Positions 26,677 to 38,640 of a stretch of DNA of 64,000 nt are shown piece after piece. Source of the DNA: Octopus vulgaris (taxonomy: Eukaryota); the NCBI GenBank assembly GCA_951406725.2, contig OX597821.1:108562001-108626000 (forward strand), in the 5' to 3' direction. Both the position numbers and the translations under genes were made by a program. Numbering within the stretch: the stretch's first letter is position 1; the number at the start of each line of letters is the position of its first letter. The notes beneath the pieces are model-generated. The model worked only from the letters and a program-made list of their open reading frames with translations. It had not been told where the DNA came from and did no database searches.

Positions 26677-27071
26677 GGCGCAGGAGTGGATGTGTGGTAA
26701 GTCGCTTGCTAACCAACCACATGGTTCCGGGTTCAGTCCCACTGCGTGGCACCTTGGGCAAGTGTCTTCTGCTATAGCCCCGGGCCGACCAATGCCTTGT
26801 GAGTGGATTTGGTAGGCGGAAACTGAAAGAAGCCTGTCGTATATATGTGTGTGCGTGTATGTTTGTGTGTCTGTGTTTGTCCCCCTAGCATTGCTTGACA
26901 ACCGATGCTGGTGTGTTTACGTCCCCGTTACTTAGCGGTTCGGCAAAAGAGACCGATAGAATAAGTACTGGGCTTACAAAAGAATAAGTCCTGGGGTCGA
27001 GTTGCTCGATTAAAGGCGGTTCTCCAGCTTGGCCGCAGTCAAATGACTGAAACAAGTAAAAGAGTAAAAGA

Positions 27072-27072
<1 letters not shown>
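26677..27072 (+). mobile_element. CORE-type tRNA SINE, full length, followed by an inverted partial copy at 27118-27225
   Basis: GGCGCAGGAGTGG..GGGTTCAGTCCC..CCTTGGGCAAGTG..tail AAAAGAGTAAAAGAG. Confidence 0.92.
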
Positions 27073-27119
<47 letters not shown>

Positions 27120-27264
27120 GACGGGCTCCTTTCTGCTTCTGTATACCAAATCCACTCACAAGGCTGTTTTGTTGGCCCGATGCTATAGTAGAAGACACTT
27201 GCCCAAGGTGCCACGCAGTGGGACTTAACCTCTACACACACACACATGCAAACATCTTTGCTTA

Positions 27265-27532
27265 TGGACTCTCGTGTCGAAAACGACAGATGAGGATTTT
27301 GCATTTTCTAGCTGAACAGGCTGGACAGAGAGATGATCAGCTCATAGTGAGTAAATCGACGTTTCCTGAGCAGGTGCGCAGTGTCCCTCCGCATGTCAAA
27401 TCTCGATGTGATTGCAGAGCAATGTAACATGAAATGTTTTCCTCAAGTACATAAGGTGCGCCCATTCCGGGAATCAAGACCACAATTTCTAAGTCCTCAG
27501 TGAAACCCTTAAATGCTTGAGCACGTGCCTGC
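27265..27532 (-). mobile_element. Old tRNA/CORE SINE, fourth family; plus-strand relative at 54951-55250
   Basis: Both have a tRNA-like head, a CORE-like TGT.CTTG.G.AAAACA.TT block and a tail CTCAT.TG.CG.TTTCGACA.GAGA.TCC. Confidence 0.55.
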
Positions 27533-27785
27533 ACTCAAGACATACGTCCATGATGAGTGTTTCGTCGTTCTAGAGTATAGCCACCGCAGGAAGCCATTAG
27601 AGAATCGGTCTCATCTGTGACTTGCACGGATGTGATTTTCGACGCCAGTAAGTGACAAACACTCTTTGGCACAGATGTTACATACATAGTTTCCAACAAG
27701 AACAATAACGACGAGTACAACAACGAGAACCACTTATTAGTCATCATTCAATTTCATGTGTTGTTTCATATATACATGCATGCAA

Positions 27786-28219
27786 TCCTCTTTTTCCATG
27801 GGCGCAAGGCCTGAAATTTGGAGGAGAAGAGGCCAGTCGATTACATCGACCCCCAGTACTCAAATGGTACTTATTTTATCAACCCCAAAAGGATGAAAGG
27901 CAAAGTCGACCTCGACGGAATTTGAACTCAGAACGTAGAAAAGGGCGAATTAGCGCTAAGCATTTCGTCCGGCGCGCAAACAATTCCTATTTCTTTATTG
28001 CCCACAAGGGGCTAAACATAGAGGGGACAAACAAGGACAAATAAAGGGATTAAGTCGATTACATCGATCCCAGTGCGTAACTGGTACTTAATTTATCGAC
28101 CCCGAAAGAATGAATGGGAAAGTCGACCTCGACGGAATTTGAACTCATAACGTAGCGATGGGCGAAATAGCGCTAAGCATTTCGTCCGGCGCGCTAACGA
28201 TTCAGCCAGCTCGCCCCTT
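27786..28219 (-). mobile_element. Meta-domain SINE dimer (tail-B unit followed by tail-A unit)
   Basis: Two B-box/Meta blocks; head ends ...CAGCTCGCCCCTT on the plus strand. Confidence 0.85.
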
Positions 28220-28223
28220 ACAT

Positions 28224-28278
28224 TTAACTTCGGTGATCGGACGAGAACCGGTGCTTTCAACGTGATATGGCCGTAAGC
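28224..28278 (-). pseudogene. 5S rRNA pseudogene fragment (first ~55 nt)
   Basis: Reverse complement GCTTACGGCCATATCACGTTGAAAGCACCGGTTCTCGTCCGATCACCGAAGTTAA matches the 5' half of molluscan 5S rRNA; truncated inside box A. Confidence 0.92.
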
Positions 28279-28311
28279 ACATGCATACAATCATGTATAC
28301 ATATATACATA

Positions 28312-28425
28312 TGTGGGTGTGCTGAAAAGTTCCTGGCTTTGGGCAAGTATCTTCTACTATAGCATCGGGCCAACAAAACAGCCTTGTGAGTGGATTTGGT
28401 ATACAGAAGCAGAAAGGAGCCCGTC

Positions 28426-28457
<32 letters not shown>

Positions 28458-28739
28458 TCTTTTACTCTTTTACTTGTTTCAGTCATTTGACTGCGGCCAA
28501 GCTGGAGCACCGCCTTTAATCAAGCAACTCGAACCCAGGACTTATTCTTTTGTAAGCCCAGTACTTATTCTATCGGTTAATTACGATTTTATGTAACATA
28601 TTCCCCCTCTCAAGTTCACGCGCTTATTGCAGCAGTCTTCCAGTTTTTCTAAGCCCTGTGAAACAACTACGATGGTTAGGCCTCCAACCAGACTTTTCGC
28701 GTACCCGTAAAGCCGGGAACTTTTCAACACCCCCCCTCG
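28312..28739. mobile_element. Mariner-type MITE interrupted by an inverted copy of 26952-27206
   Basis: TIRs GGGTGTGCTGAAAAGTTCCTGGCTTT / AAAGCCGGGAACTTTTCAACACCCCCCCTCG, TA flanks. Confidence 0.75.
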
Positions 28740-28762
28740 TACATACATTTATAAGCCAATCG

Positions 28763-28829
<67 letters not shown>

Positions 28830-28831
28830 AC

Positions 28832-28962
28832 ATTATTGGTGAATTGAAGAAATGGAGCTGAACGCAGATTGAACAGAAATCGTTTTATTTCATTTTTGCT
28901 ACTAAGGTATCGGTTAAACTTTTGATTAATCTACTACAAGATTATTCATCTTTCTATTTCAC
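28832..28962 (+). mobile_element. Internally deleted relative of 2787-3128, in (TA)n
   Basis: Same left end (GTGAATTGAAGAAATGGAG) joined to the same right end (TTTTTGCTAC.AAGGTATCGGTTAAACTTTTGATTAATC..TTTCTATTTCAC). Confidence 0.8.
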
Positions 28963-28997
<35 letters not shown>

Positions 28998-29341
28998 CAC
29001 ATAATTGAGTTCCTTTCTACTAGTCCATATATATTTCTCATAACCGGATGACATGCAATTTGGAATGCATTGCACTTGTCATTTAACACTAAATTATGTC
29101 TTTTAATTAGAATTGTCGTTACGCTTGAAATACTACATGGGTGCAGCACTGAAATTAATTGCTCATATGACCAACATTTAAAATAGTATCTCAGTTACTC
29201 ATATAGGTTTTGCATATTCAGTTTTATATTTGGTTTCGAAGATCCTTGATGTGAACTCGTATGTTGAAACAGAGCTTGTTACATTTATGGAAGGTCATTA
29301 TGCTAGTAAGAAACACATGCACTGTTTCTGCTTCACTTCTT

Positions 29342-29374
<33 letters not shown>

Positions 29375-29379
29375 GTATT

Positions 29380-29441
<62 letters not shown>

Positions 29442-29445
29442 CATT

Positions 29446-29783
29446 GAGTGAGAGAGCAGTGCATGCTATCAAAGTGACACTGGGGTAAAATATACGAAGC
29501 CCAATATACCCATCAGGACTACCCGTCTGATAAGGGTACACCAGGCACATGCATTACAACCATATGTGCGCGACATGGTGATCTCATATCAAGATAAACA
29601 GCACATGACCTTGCAGGTGGGGACCAGTTAGAATTTTCTTCAGGTTGAGTAGCCCATCCCGCTCAAAAGGTCCCTGAATAAGGGTTGTTTAAGGATGTTG
29701 AAAGAACCACCCATGTTTCCAGAGGTGAACTATTCAAACCCCAAAGAATCCCTCTCAACACATGGCTATGATGCTCCCCCACT
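29446..29783 (-). mobile_element. Second copy of the (AAT)n-embedded element; another short AAT-tailed 3' end at ~29850-29945
   Basis: Reverse complement of ~7925-8262, flanked by (ATT)n. Confidence 0.8.
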
Positions 29784-29796
29784 TATTATTATCATA

Positions 29797-29851
<55 letters not shown>

Positions 29852-30032
29852 TATGTTTGACTTTTGCTTTATGTCTGTACAAGTTGGCTCCAAGTCTCAC
29901 CCAGAGACCTCAAGAGACAACAGGTTGGAAGCTCTGTGCCATACATTTGGGGTTTTTTTTTTTGGGGGGGGGGGGGCTTGTTGTTATTATTATTATTATT
30001 ATTATTATCATTATTATTACTATTATTATTAA

Positions 30033-30099
<67 letters not shown>

Positions 30100-31598
30100 T
30101 ATTATTATTATTATTGAAGAAGCGAACTGGCAGAATTGTTGACAATCCGGGCGAAATGATGGTTAGCAGTATTTCGTCAGCCATTAAGTTCTGAGTTCAA
30201 ATTCTGCCGAGGTCGACTTTGCCTTTCGTCCTTTTTTGGTGGTGGTGGGGTGGGGGGTCGATGAATTAAGTACCAGTCAAGTACTAGCGTTGATGTGATC
30301 GATTGTCCCTTCCTACAAAAATCCAGGCCTTGTGTCTATATCATCATCATCATCATCATTCAATTACTTAAGGCGGTGAACTGTCAGCGTAGCACACAGA
30401 ATAACCTACTTTGCGGCATTTCTTCCGGCTTTATAACCCAATGTATTTGCTGTATCTTGGGAGGGGGACATTATGCTAATCATAAACATATGTACTGGTT
30501 GAATTTCCCTTCTTTATACTTATTAGAATTATTTAAACATTTAACGCATTGTTTGCTTAATCAGCTGGGTTTGTCAAAATCCATTCATCTCATTCCGCAA
30601 CCTCATCAGTGAGAGACTCTCTCTCTCTCTCTCTACTCCTCTAATTGATTGACCGTAATGTCAATCAAACAATCGATTAGTCAACTGGTTATATGTCTAA
30701 TAAATTTACAAATAAATGATAAAGAAATTAACTACAACCAGTGCGTGTGATTATTACTGACTTAAAGACCTTTCCGAAAATCAACAAAATATTTTCTAAG
30801 AAACTAGTTTCTTGCGTAGACTATATGATCTAATTATACTTACTTTTTATTGTTTTAGATATTATCATAGAAATAAATACTTGTACTTACTTTTAGCAAA
30901 CCCGGAAGATATGCAAGGCAATTTTGACCTTAGCGGGATTTGAACTCAGAATATAACAGTCCGGAGCTAAATATCGCATAAAAGTTTGTCTGATATTCTA
31001 ATCCAATCCTCGTGCAACTCCACCAAAAGTTATCCGTTATTTAAATCTACACAGCTCTATTACTAGTGAAGCATATAACGGACGGAAGAAAGAGGAAATG
31101 AAAAATTTCATGTCAGTGAGAGATTTTAACTTAAAAAGTTTAAAAAACACAAAAACGACAAAATCAAATCTAAATAAACCGTAGCATTTTGTTCGCCGCT
31201 CTCCAATACATTAATCTAATACTACATACTAACTAGATAATAAAACTGTTCGCTCTCATATATTTGCACACATACGTGTATATTTGTACAGGTGCCGCTG
31301 TATGTATGCATTTATTGCGTGATATACTTGCGCGTTCATTTGGCCGTACTTACGCACGTGATCGGCTGCGTGTGCCGTACGGTAGTCACGTGAGTTATGC
31401 CGGTATAGTATTTCCAATTGGCTTCCCTTTTGTGACTGCTCACGTGGCTGTTTCTTGGGCGTACTTCAGCGTGAATACGCCTCTGTTACCTCTTATAATC
31501 CAGGTGTGTATCCGTGCGCATGTGCGCTCGTAGTGCCAGGTGTATACATCCGGCTTTAAGTGTCTTTGTATCTACGTGTGATTATGTGTGTCCGCACG

Positions 31599-31630
<32 letters not shown>

Positions 31631-31670
31631 TGTATGTATGTATGTATGTATGTATGTATGTATGTATGTA

Positions 31671-31701
<31 letters not shown>

Positions 31702-32120
31702 ATGTGTGTATGTATGAATGTATGTATTATGTATGTATGTGTTTGTATGTCTGTTTCTATGTATGTGTAATTGGATATGTATGCATGTGTGAATGTATGA
31801 ATGTATTTATGTATGTGCATATGCACGAATGAATGTATGTATGTGTGCATGTATGCATATATGTATATATGTGTGTGTGCAAGTATATACTTTTCTGCTC
31901 TAGGCACAAGGCCAGGAAGTTTGGGGGAGGGGACCAGTCGATCAGATCGATCCCAGTATGCAATTGGTATTTAATTTATCGACCCCGTAAGGATGAAAGG
32001 CAAAGTCGCCCTCGGCGGAATTTGAACTCTGAACATAAAGACAGGAGAAATACTGCTAAGCATTTTGCCCGGCGTACTAACGTTCCTGCCAGCTTTCAAT
32101 AATAATAATAATAATAATAA

Positions 32121-33065
32121 TCCCTTTTTGTACAGGTAAATTTTGAGGAAGGGATAGGTCAATTACATCAACCTCGGTGCTTGACTGGTTGTTATTTTAT
32201 CGACCCCGAAGAAATAAAAGGAACACTCGACCTCGGCGGAATTTGAACTCAGTACATAAAGACAGACGAAATACTGCTAAGCATTTCGTCCGGCGTGTTA
32301 ACGTTTCATATTTCTTTACTGCCTACAGGGAGCTAAACATAGAGGGGACAAACAACGACAGACAAAGAGATTTAAGTCGATTACATCGACCACAGTGCGT
32401 AACTGGTACTTATTTAATCGACCACGAAGGGATTAAAGGCAAATTCGACCTCGACGGAATTTGAACTCAGAACGTAGAGATAGACGAAATACTTATTTCT
32501 TTACTACACACAAGGGGCTAAACAAAGAAAGGACAATCAAGGGCAGACAAACGGATTAAGTCGATTACATCGACCACAGTGCGTAACTGGTACTTATTTA
32601 ATCGACCACGAAGGGATTAAAGGCAAATTCGACCTCGACGGAATTTGAACTCAGAACGTAGAGATAGACGAAATACTTATTTCTTTACTACACACAAGGG
32701 GCTAAATAAAGAAAGGACAATCAAGGGCAGACAAACGGATTAAGTCGATTATATCGACCACAGTGCGTAACTGGTACTTATTTAATCGACCCTGAAATGA
32801 TGAAAGGCAAATTCGACCTCGACGGAATTTGAACTCAGAACGTAGAGATAGACGAAATACTTATTTCTTTACTACACACAAGGGGCTAAACAAAGAAAGG
32901 ACAATCAAGGGCAGACAAACGGATTAAGTCGATTATATCGACCACAGTGTGTAACTGGTACTTATTTAATCGACCACGACGGAATTTGAACTCAGAACGT
33001 AACGGCAGACGAAATACAGCTACGCATTTCGCCCGGCGTGCTAACGTTTCTGCCAGCTCACTGCT
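32121..33065 (-). mobile_element. Meta-domain SINE tandem chain, 5 units (separate monomer at ~31890-32095)
   Basis: GAATTTGAACTCAG at ~32239, 32457, 32641, 32825 and ~32982; single head at ~33020-33065. Confidence 0.92.
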
Positions 33066-33187
33066 CTATGTGGCTTAATAATGATAGGAATCAAACGATG
33101 ACAGAGTGATTGAGTGGAAGAACCTTGAGACCAGTTGAATACGCTCCGCAAAGATGAGGGTGCTATTAGAATAGTAAAAAAATCGCA

Positions 33188-33510
33188 GTGAAGGTACATG
33201 GTTCGGTGGTTAGAGCATCGGGGCCGCAATCATGAGGTTGTGATTTTGATTCCCGGACCTGGCTTTGTGCTGTGTTTTTGAGCAAGACACTTTATTTTCA
33301 CAGTTGCTCCAGTTCACTGGTGCCAAGCTGTCTCACCCCCTTTGCCTTTCCCTTGGACAACATCGGTGGCGTGGAGAGGGGTGGCTGGTATGCATGAGTA
33401 ACTGCTAAGCCTTGGGCAAAAACCACCTTGAACAAACTTGTGTCTCGGGGTTGGAAACCTTGTTGGTACAATACCGTGGTCATTCATGACCGAAGGGGGT
33501 CTTTACCCTA
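33188..33510 (+). mobile_element. tRNA/CORE SINE with an RTE-like tail
   Basis: GAAGGTACATGGTTCGGTGGTTAGAGC head, TTGAGCAAGACACTTTA CORE-like block, tail GGTCATTCATGACCGAAGGGGGTCTTTACC. Confidence 0.6.
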
Positions 33511-33977
33511 ATTTTTACAAAAGAGCAGACAAAAAGAGAGACAGGCAGACGGATAAACAGGAAGAAGGAATGTTGTCTGTAGCTACGGAAATCGAACTGT
33601 CGGTGACATCCTGCCAATACCTAAGTGGAGAATATTTTGAAAGGGCTAGAATCTATTTTCATACAGAAGTACAATTTCTCCAATTGAAGAGTGTATGCTC
33701 CACTCTGAGTCTCTCCAGAGCTTTGGAAAACGGGAACAGGTAACTCTGAAGAGTAACAGAGAAAGTAGTCATTCTTCTATGATAAGTGTATGTACTCTAC
33801 ATTTTGTATAGAGTACCATTTTTTCCTTTCTTTCGAAAAATCAATACAGTACAATACACACGGACACACACACACATACACATACAAACATACATACACA
33901 AACACTTATACAATCGCAAATACACAATTACACAAACAAGCTATATTTAATGTGCGTATATTTGTATGTTTTTTCTG

Positions 33978-34518
<541 letters not shown>

Positions 34519-36025
34519 GCATTATATATCGAAATATCTGTGTGTGTGTGTGTGTGTGTAATTGTATGTGCGTGTGTATGTTCTCGTGCAAGTGAGTTTT
34601 ATTTTCTCTCTCTTACTCTGTATCCCCTCACTCTCTCTTACTCCTCTTCCACCCTCCCTCTCTTACTCTTCCTTCGCTCCCTCTCTCTCCTAGTTCTTCC
34701 CCCTCTCCGTCTTTGATTCTCTCCCACTCTCTCTTTAGCTCTCTTCTCCACCGTTTCTATATACGTGTGTACATGTGTTGGCCTATGTGTGCCTGTGTTT
34801 CTGTGTGTACGTCTATGTGTGTTTACGTATATATATGTCTGTGTGTTTCTTTTGTTTTGCTAGCGTGCGTGTATATTTGCGTTTCAGAGCGTATGCGCTC
34901 GTGTGTGTGCTTATACATATGTGTGTGTGTGTGTGTCCGTCTGCGTGTGTGTGTGTGAGCGTGTGGGACAGCGATGAAACAAGAGGTACTACAAAATCGC
35001 TTTCATTTCACTTCAGAGAGGCACTTGACTGGGCTCTTGACAAGAGGTTATATATTTAATAAGCCAGATCAGCAAGAAGCAAAAAAGTCCTCGAACGGCA
35101 AAGAAATGGTGAATGAATCTGTACAAAGCGCAATAAAGGAAGGAAGGAAAATATAACAAAACTATAAAGAGAAAGGATGGACGAAATAATGGTAGGAAGA
35201 AAAGAAAAAGAAAGGAAGGAGAAACAAAGAACGAATGAATGGATGAATGAAGGAAGGAATGAATGAATGAATTAGATTGGTGCAAATTAAAAAGCTATGT
35301 CAGTTTAATTGCTTTGGATGGTTATATTGCGCGTTTTTAATTATACATCATACACGTGTGTGTGTATGTGTGTGTGTGAGTGTGTGTGATAAAGAGAGTG
35401 TACGTGTGATAAAGGGAGACAGAGCGAGAGAGAGAGAGAGTGCGTGTGTGTGTGAGTGATAAGGAGAGAGTGAGAGAGAGTGTGTGTGTGTGATGAAGAG
35501 TGCGTGTGTGATGAAGAGGGAGAGAGCGCGGGAGGGAAAGTGTGTGCGTGTCAGTGTGTGATGAAGAGGGAGAGCGAGAGAGTGCGTGTGTTTGTGTGAG
35601 TGTGTGTGATGAAGAGAGTGTGTGAATGTATGTGATAAAGAGAGAGAGCGAGAGAGAATGAGTGACAGAGAGAGAGAGAGTGAGACATAGTGTGTGTGTG
35701 TGTGTGTGTGTGAGTGTGTGTGATAAAGAGAGAGAGAGGGTGTGTGTGCGTGTGTGTATATAGATATAAGTGATAGAAAATGGAATGAATGATTAAAAAC
35801 CGCTACAATTGTTTCGACACTCTTTTGTTACACCCGTAGTGCATTGGTGAAATCACTACCAAGCAACCAAAGTGTAAAATGCGCCTTCTCAGGTTATTGT
35901 TTAAAAAAAGCTCTTCGTTATATTCTGCTATCATTTCACTCAGAGTGAGAATGCATACTCAAAGTTACGTGTTATTTTCAGCAGTTTACAGGCAAAACAT
36001 TTTTCTGTAAATATGTAACTTTTGT

Positions 36026-36910
36026 AAGGCCGCGACCTGGCAGAAACGTTAGAATACCGGGCGAAATGCTTAGCGATATTTCGTTTGCCGTTAAGTCCTG
36101 AGTTAAAATTCCACCGAGGTCGACTTTGCCTTTCATCCTTTCGGGATCAATAAATTAAGTACCAGTTACGCACTGGGGTCGATATAATCGACTTAATCCG
36201 TTTGTCTGTCCTTGTTTGTCCTCTCTGTATGTAGCAAAGAAATAGGTATTTCGCCTGCCGCTACGTTCAGAGTTCAAATTCCGCAGAGGTCGACTTTGCC
36301 TTTCATCCTTTTGGGGTCGATTAAATAAGTACCATTTACGCACTGGGGTCGATATAAACGACTTAATCCGTGTATCTGCCCTTGTTTGTCCTCTCTGTGT
36401 TTAGCCCCTTGTGGGTAGTAAAGAAATAGGTATTACGTCTGCCGCTACGTTCTGAGTTCAAATTCCGCCGAGGTCGACTTTGACTTTCATCCTTTCGGGG
36501 TCGATTAAATAAGTACCAGTTACGCACTGGGGTCGATATAATCGACTTAATCCGTGTATCTGTCCTTGTTTGTCTTCTCCGTGTTTAGCCCCTTGTGGGT
36601 AGTTAAGAAATAGGTATTTCGTCTGCCGCTACATTCTGAGTTCAAATTCCGCCGAGGTCGACTTTGCCTTTCATCATTTCGGGGTCGATTAAATAAGTAC
36701 CAGTCACGCACTGGGGTCGATATAATCGACTCAATCCGTTTCTCTGCCCATGTTTATCCTTTCTGTATTAAGCCCCTTGTGGGTAGTAAAGAAATAAGTA
36801 TTTCGTCTGTCTTTACATTCTGAGTTCAATTTCCGCCGAGGTCGACTTTGCGTTTCATCCTTTCGGGATCGATAAATTAAGTACCATTTGTGTGCTAGGG
36901 TCGATCTAAC
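36026..36910 (+). mobile_element. Meta-domain SINE tandem chain: head plus 5 units
   Basis: B-box at ~36102, 36272, 36456, 36640 and 36824 (184-bp period after the first, deleted unit). Confidence 0.93.
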
Positions 36911-37369
36911 AAAGATACAAAGATGCAAAGTTCCATTGTTGCAATGTAGATAAAGAAAAACAATGTCGTTTATCAAACTTCAGAAAAATCTTGCATATAC
37001 TTACTGTTCCTCTTACAAATTGTACTTGTGATGTACGAGTTCGTCGATTTCTTTTTCTAAAAATCGAAACTTATCCAGACTGTGAGATTTGCATTTATTC
37101 GCAAAACCAAGTGCAACAATCAACATTGATATGAATGTAAGTTTGTAATCTCGACAGAAATTCTGGAGTTTTCGGAGCTATTGTCCATAATTACTCCCTT
37201 TTTTTGTTTGTTTCTTTGTTTGTTTCTTTCTTTCTTTCTTTATGTATGTATGTGTGTATTTATGTAAAGTTAATCCAAACATGAAAACACAAAGAGAAAA
37301 CACAACAGCGCGAGGACGTGGAACAAGTATAGTGTTATTGGACGTTCAGGAAAGAAGGAAAGAAGGAGG

Positions 37370-37404
37370 GTTTAACGTTTCGAGCGGAGCTCTTCGTCAG
37401 AAAC
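37370..37404 (-). ncRNA. Minimal type I hammerhead ribozyme within a ~190-bp Penelope-like terminal fragment (37265-37453)
   Basis: Minus strand: GTTT-CTGACGA-A-GAGC-tcc-GCTC-GAA-ACGT-T-AAAC. Confidence 0.7.
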
Positions 37405-37769
37405 ATAGGAAAAGTTAAGATCTAAAGAAGGGAAGACGGACGAAAAATATCGCCAACGGTATACACATGGTCATGTATGTATGTGTGTGCGCGCGCGCGT
37501 GTGTATTCAGTAGAACCGTATGAGTGATCAGCACGCCGTTAGTCCGACAAAGATGCTAACACCAAACATTATGTGTGAAGCGAAGTTAACAGCCTTTGAG
37601 CGCCGTTGAACGGCTAATATGTGTCTTCCAGGCTGTAATTGTTTTGGTTTCAGCACACGGTCTCAGATCAACTTACAAGCGAGCCAAAGTACATCTCAGA
37701 CTAAAAGAACAAGCAAAATGATACAAGGGAAACAATGTAAAAAAGAAAGACAACACATAAAGAAGATAC

Positions 37770-38270
37770 TTATGTGTGGTAAGAAATTTGCTTCCTACCC
37801 TCATGGTTCCGGGTTCAGTCCCACTGCGTGGGAACTTAGACAAGTGTTTATTACAGCCTTTGTGAGTGGTTTTGGTAGACGGAAACTGAAAGAAGCCTGT
37901 CGTGTGTATATAGTTTTCTCGCTGTATTGCGTGTTCGTTTATTTTTTATATTTGTGATTTCAGTTTTTATCTTCTATGTAAATGAAGAAATTTCCTTCGT
38001 TTTGCTGTTTTTCATTCTAAAAAATGAGAAGAAACATTGCGGAACAGTCATTTTAACGAATTGTGTCGATTTATCACCTGATGACACACATCTGCATCGT
38101 CGGATGCTTCTGAAACAATTGTTGAATGTCTCACCCGTGAGGAATCGATGCTAGGTGTAGCGAAACAATTGTCGTGATTAATAATAATTTCTCGTATATT
38201 CCTTCTTCCGTCTTTCATTTACCATATATATTTATGTGTGTGTGTGTGTGTGTGTGCTCGTGTTTATTTG

Positions 38271-38316
<46 letters not shown>

Positions 38317-38640
38317 CGTGTTTATTTGAGCGTGTGTGTGTGTGTGTGTGTGTTCATGTATGTGTCGGTATGCTTGCATATGTCTGTGTGGCCCCCACCA
38401 ACACTACTAACACCCTCCACCGCTTGACAACCACTGCTGATATTTACGTCCCCGTAACTCAGCAGATCTGCGAAATATCCCGATAGAATACATACCAGGT
38501 TTAGAAGAAACAAAAAAAAAACATAAAAATAACAAAAAAGAACTGGGGGTCGATTGGGTACGACAAAAATTCATTAAGGCTGTGCCCCAGCGTGGCCGCA
38601 GTCTAATGGCGGAAACAAATGAAAAGCTAAAAGATAAAAA
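37770..38640 (+). mobile_element. CORE-type SINE (head 37770-37905, tail 38385-38640) split by a ~310-bp insert in its central microsatellite
   Basis: Family head and tail motifs flank non-SINE sequence at ~37912-38223. Confidence 0.75.
38073..38178 (+). ncRNA. Type I hammerhead ribozyme fold with greatly extended stem II
   Basis: ATCAC-CTGATGA-[77 nt with ACATCT.GCATCG / CGATGC.AGGTGT pairing]-GAA-ACAATTGT-C-GTGAT; canonical GUC site. Confidence 0.65.

Noticed and set aside
32121-33065. Regularly spaced repeats as a CRISPR array or tRNA gene cluster
   Set aside because: Whole 184-bp units repeat with no unique spacers, no cas genes, eukaryotic context; heads do not form complete cloverleaves.
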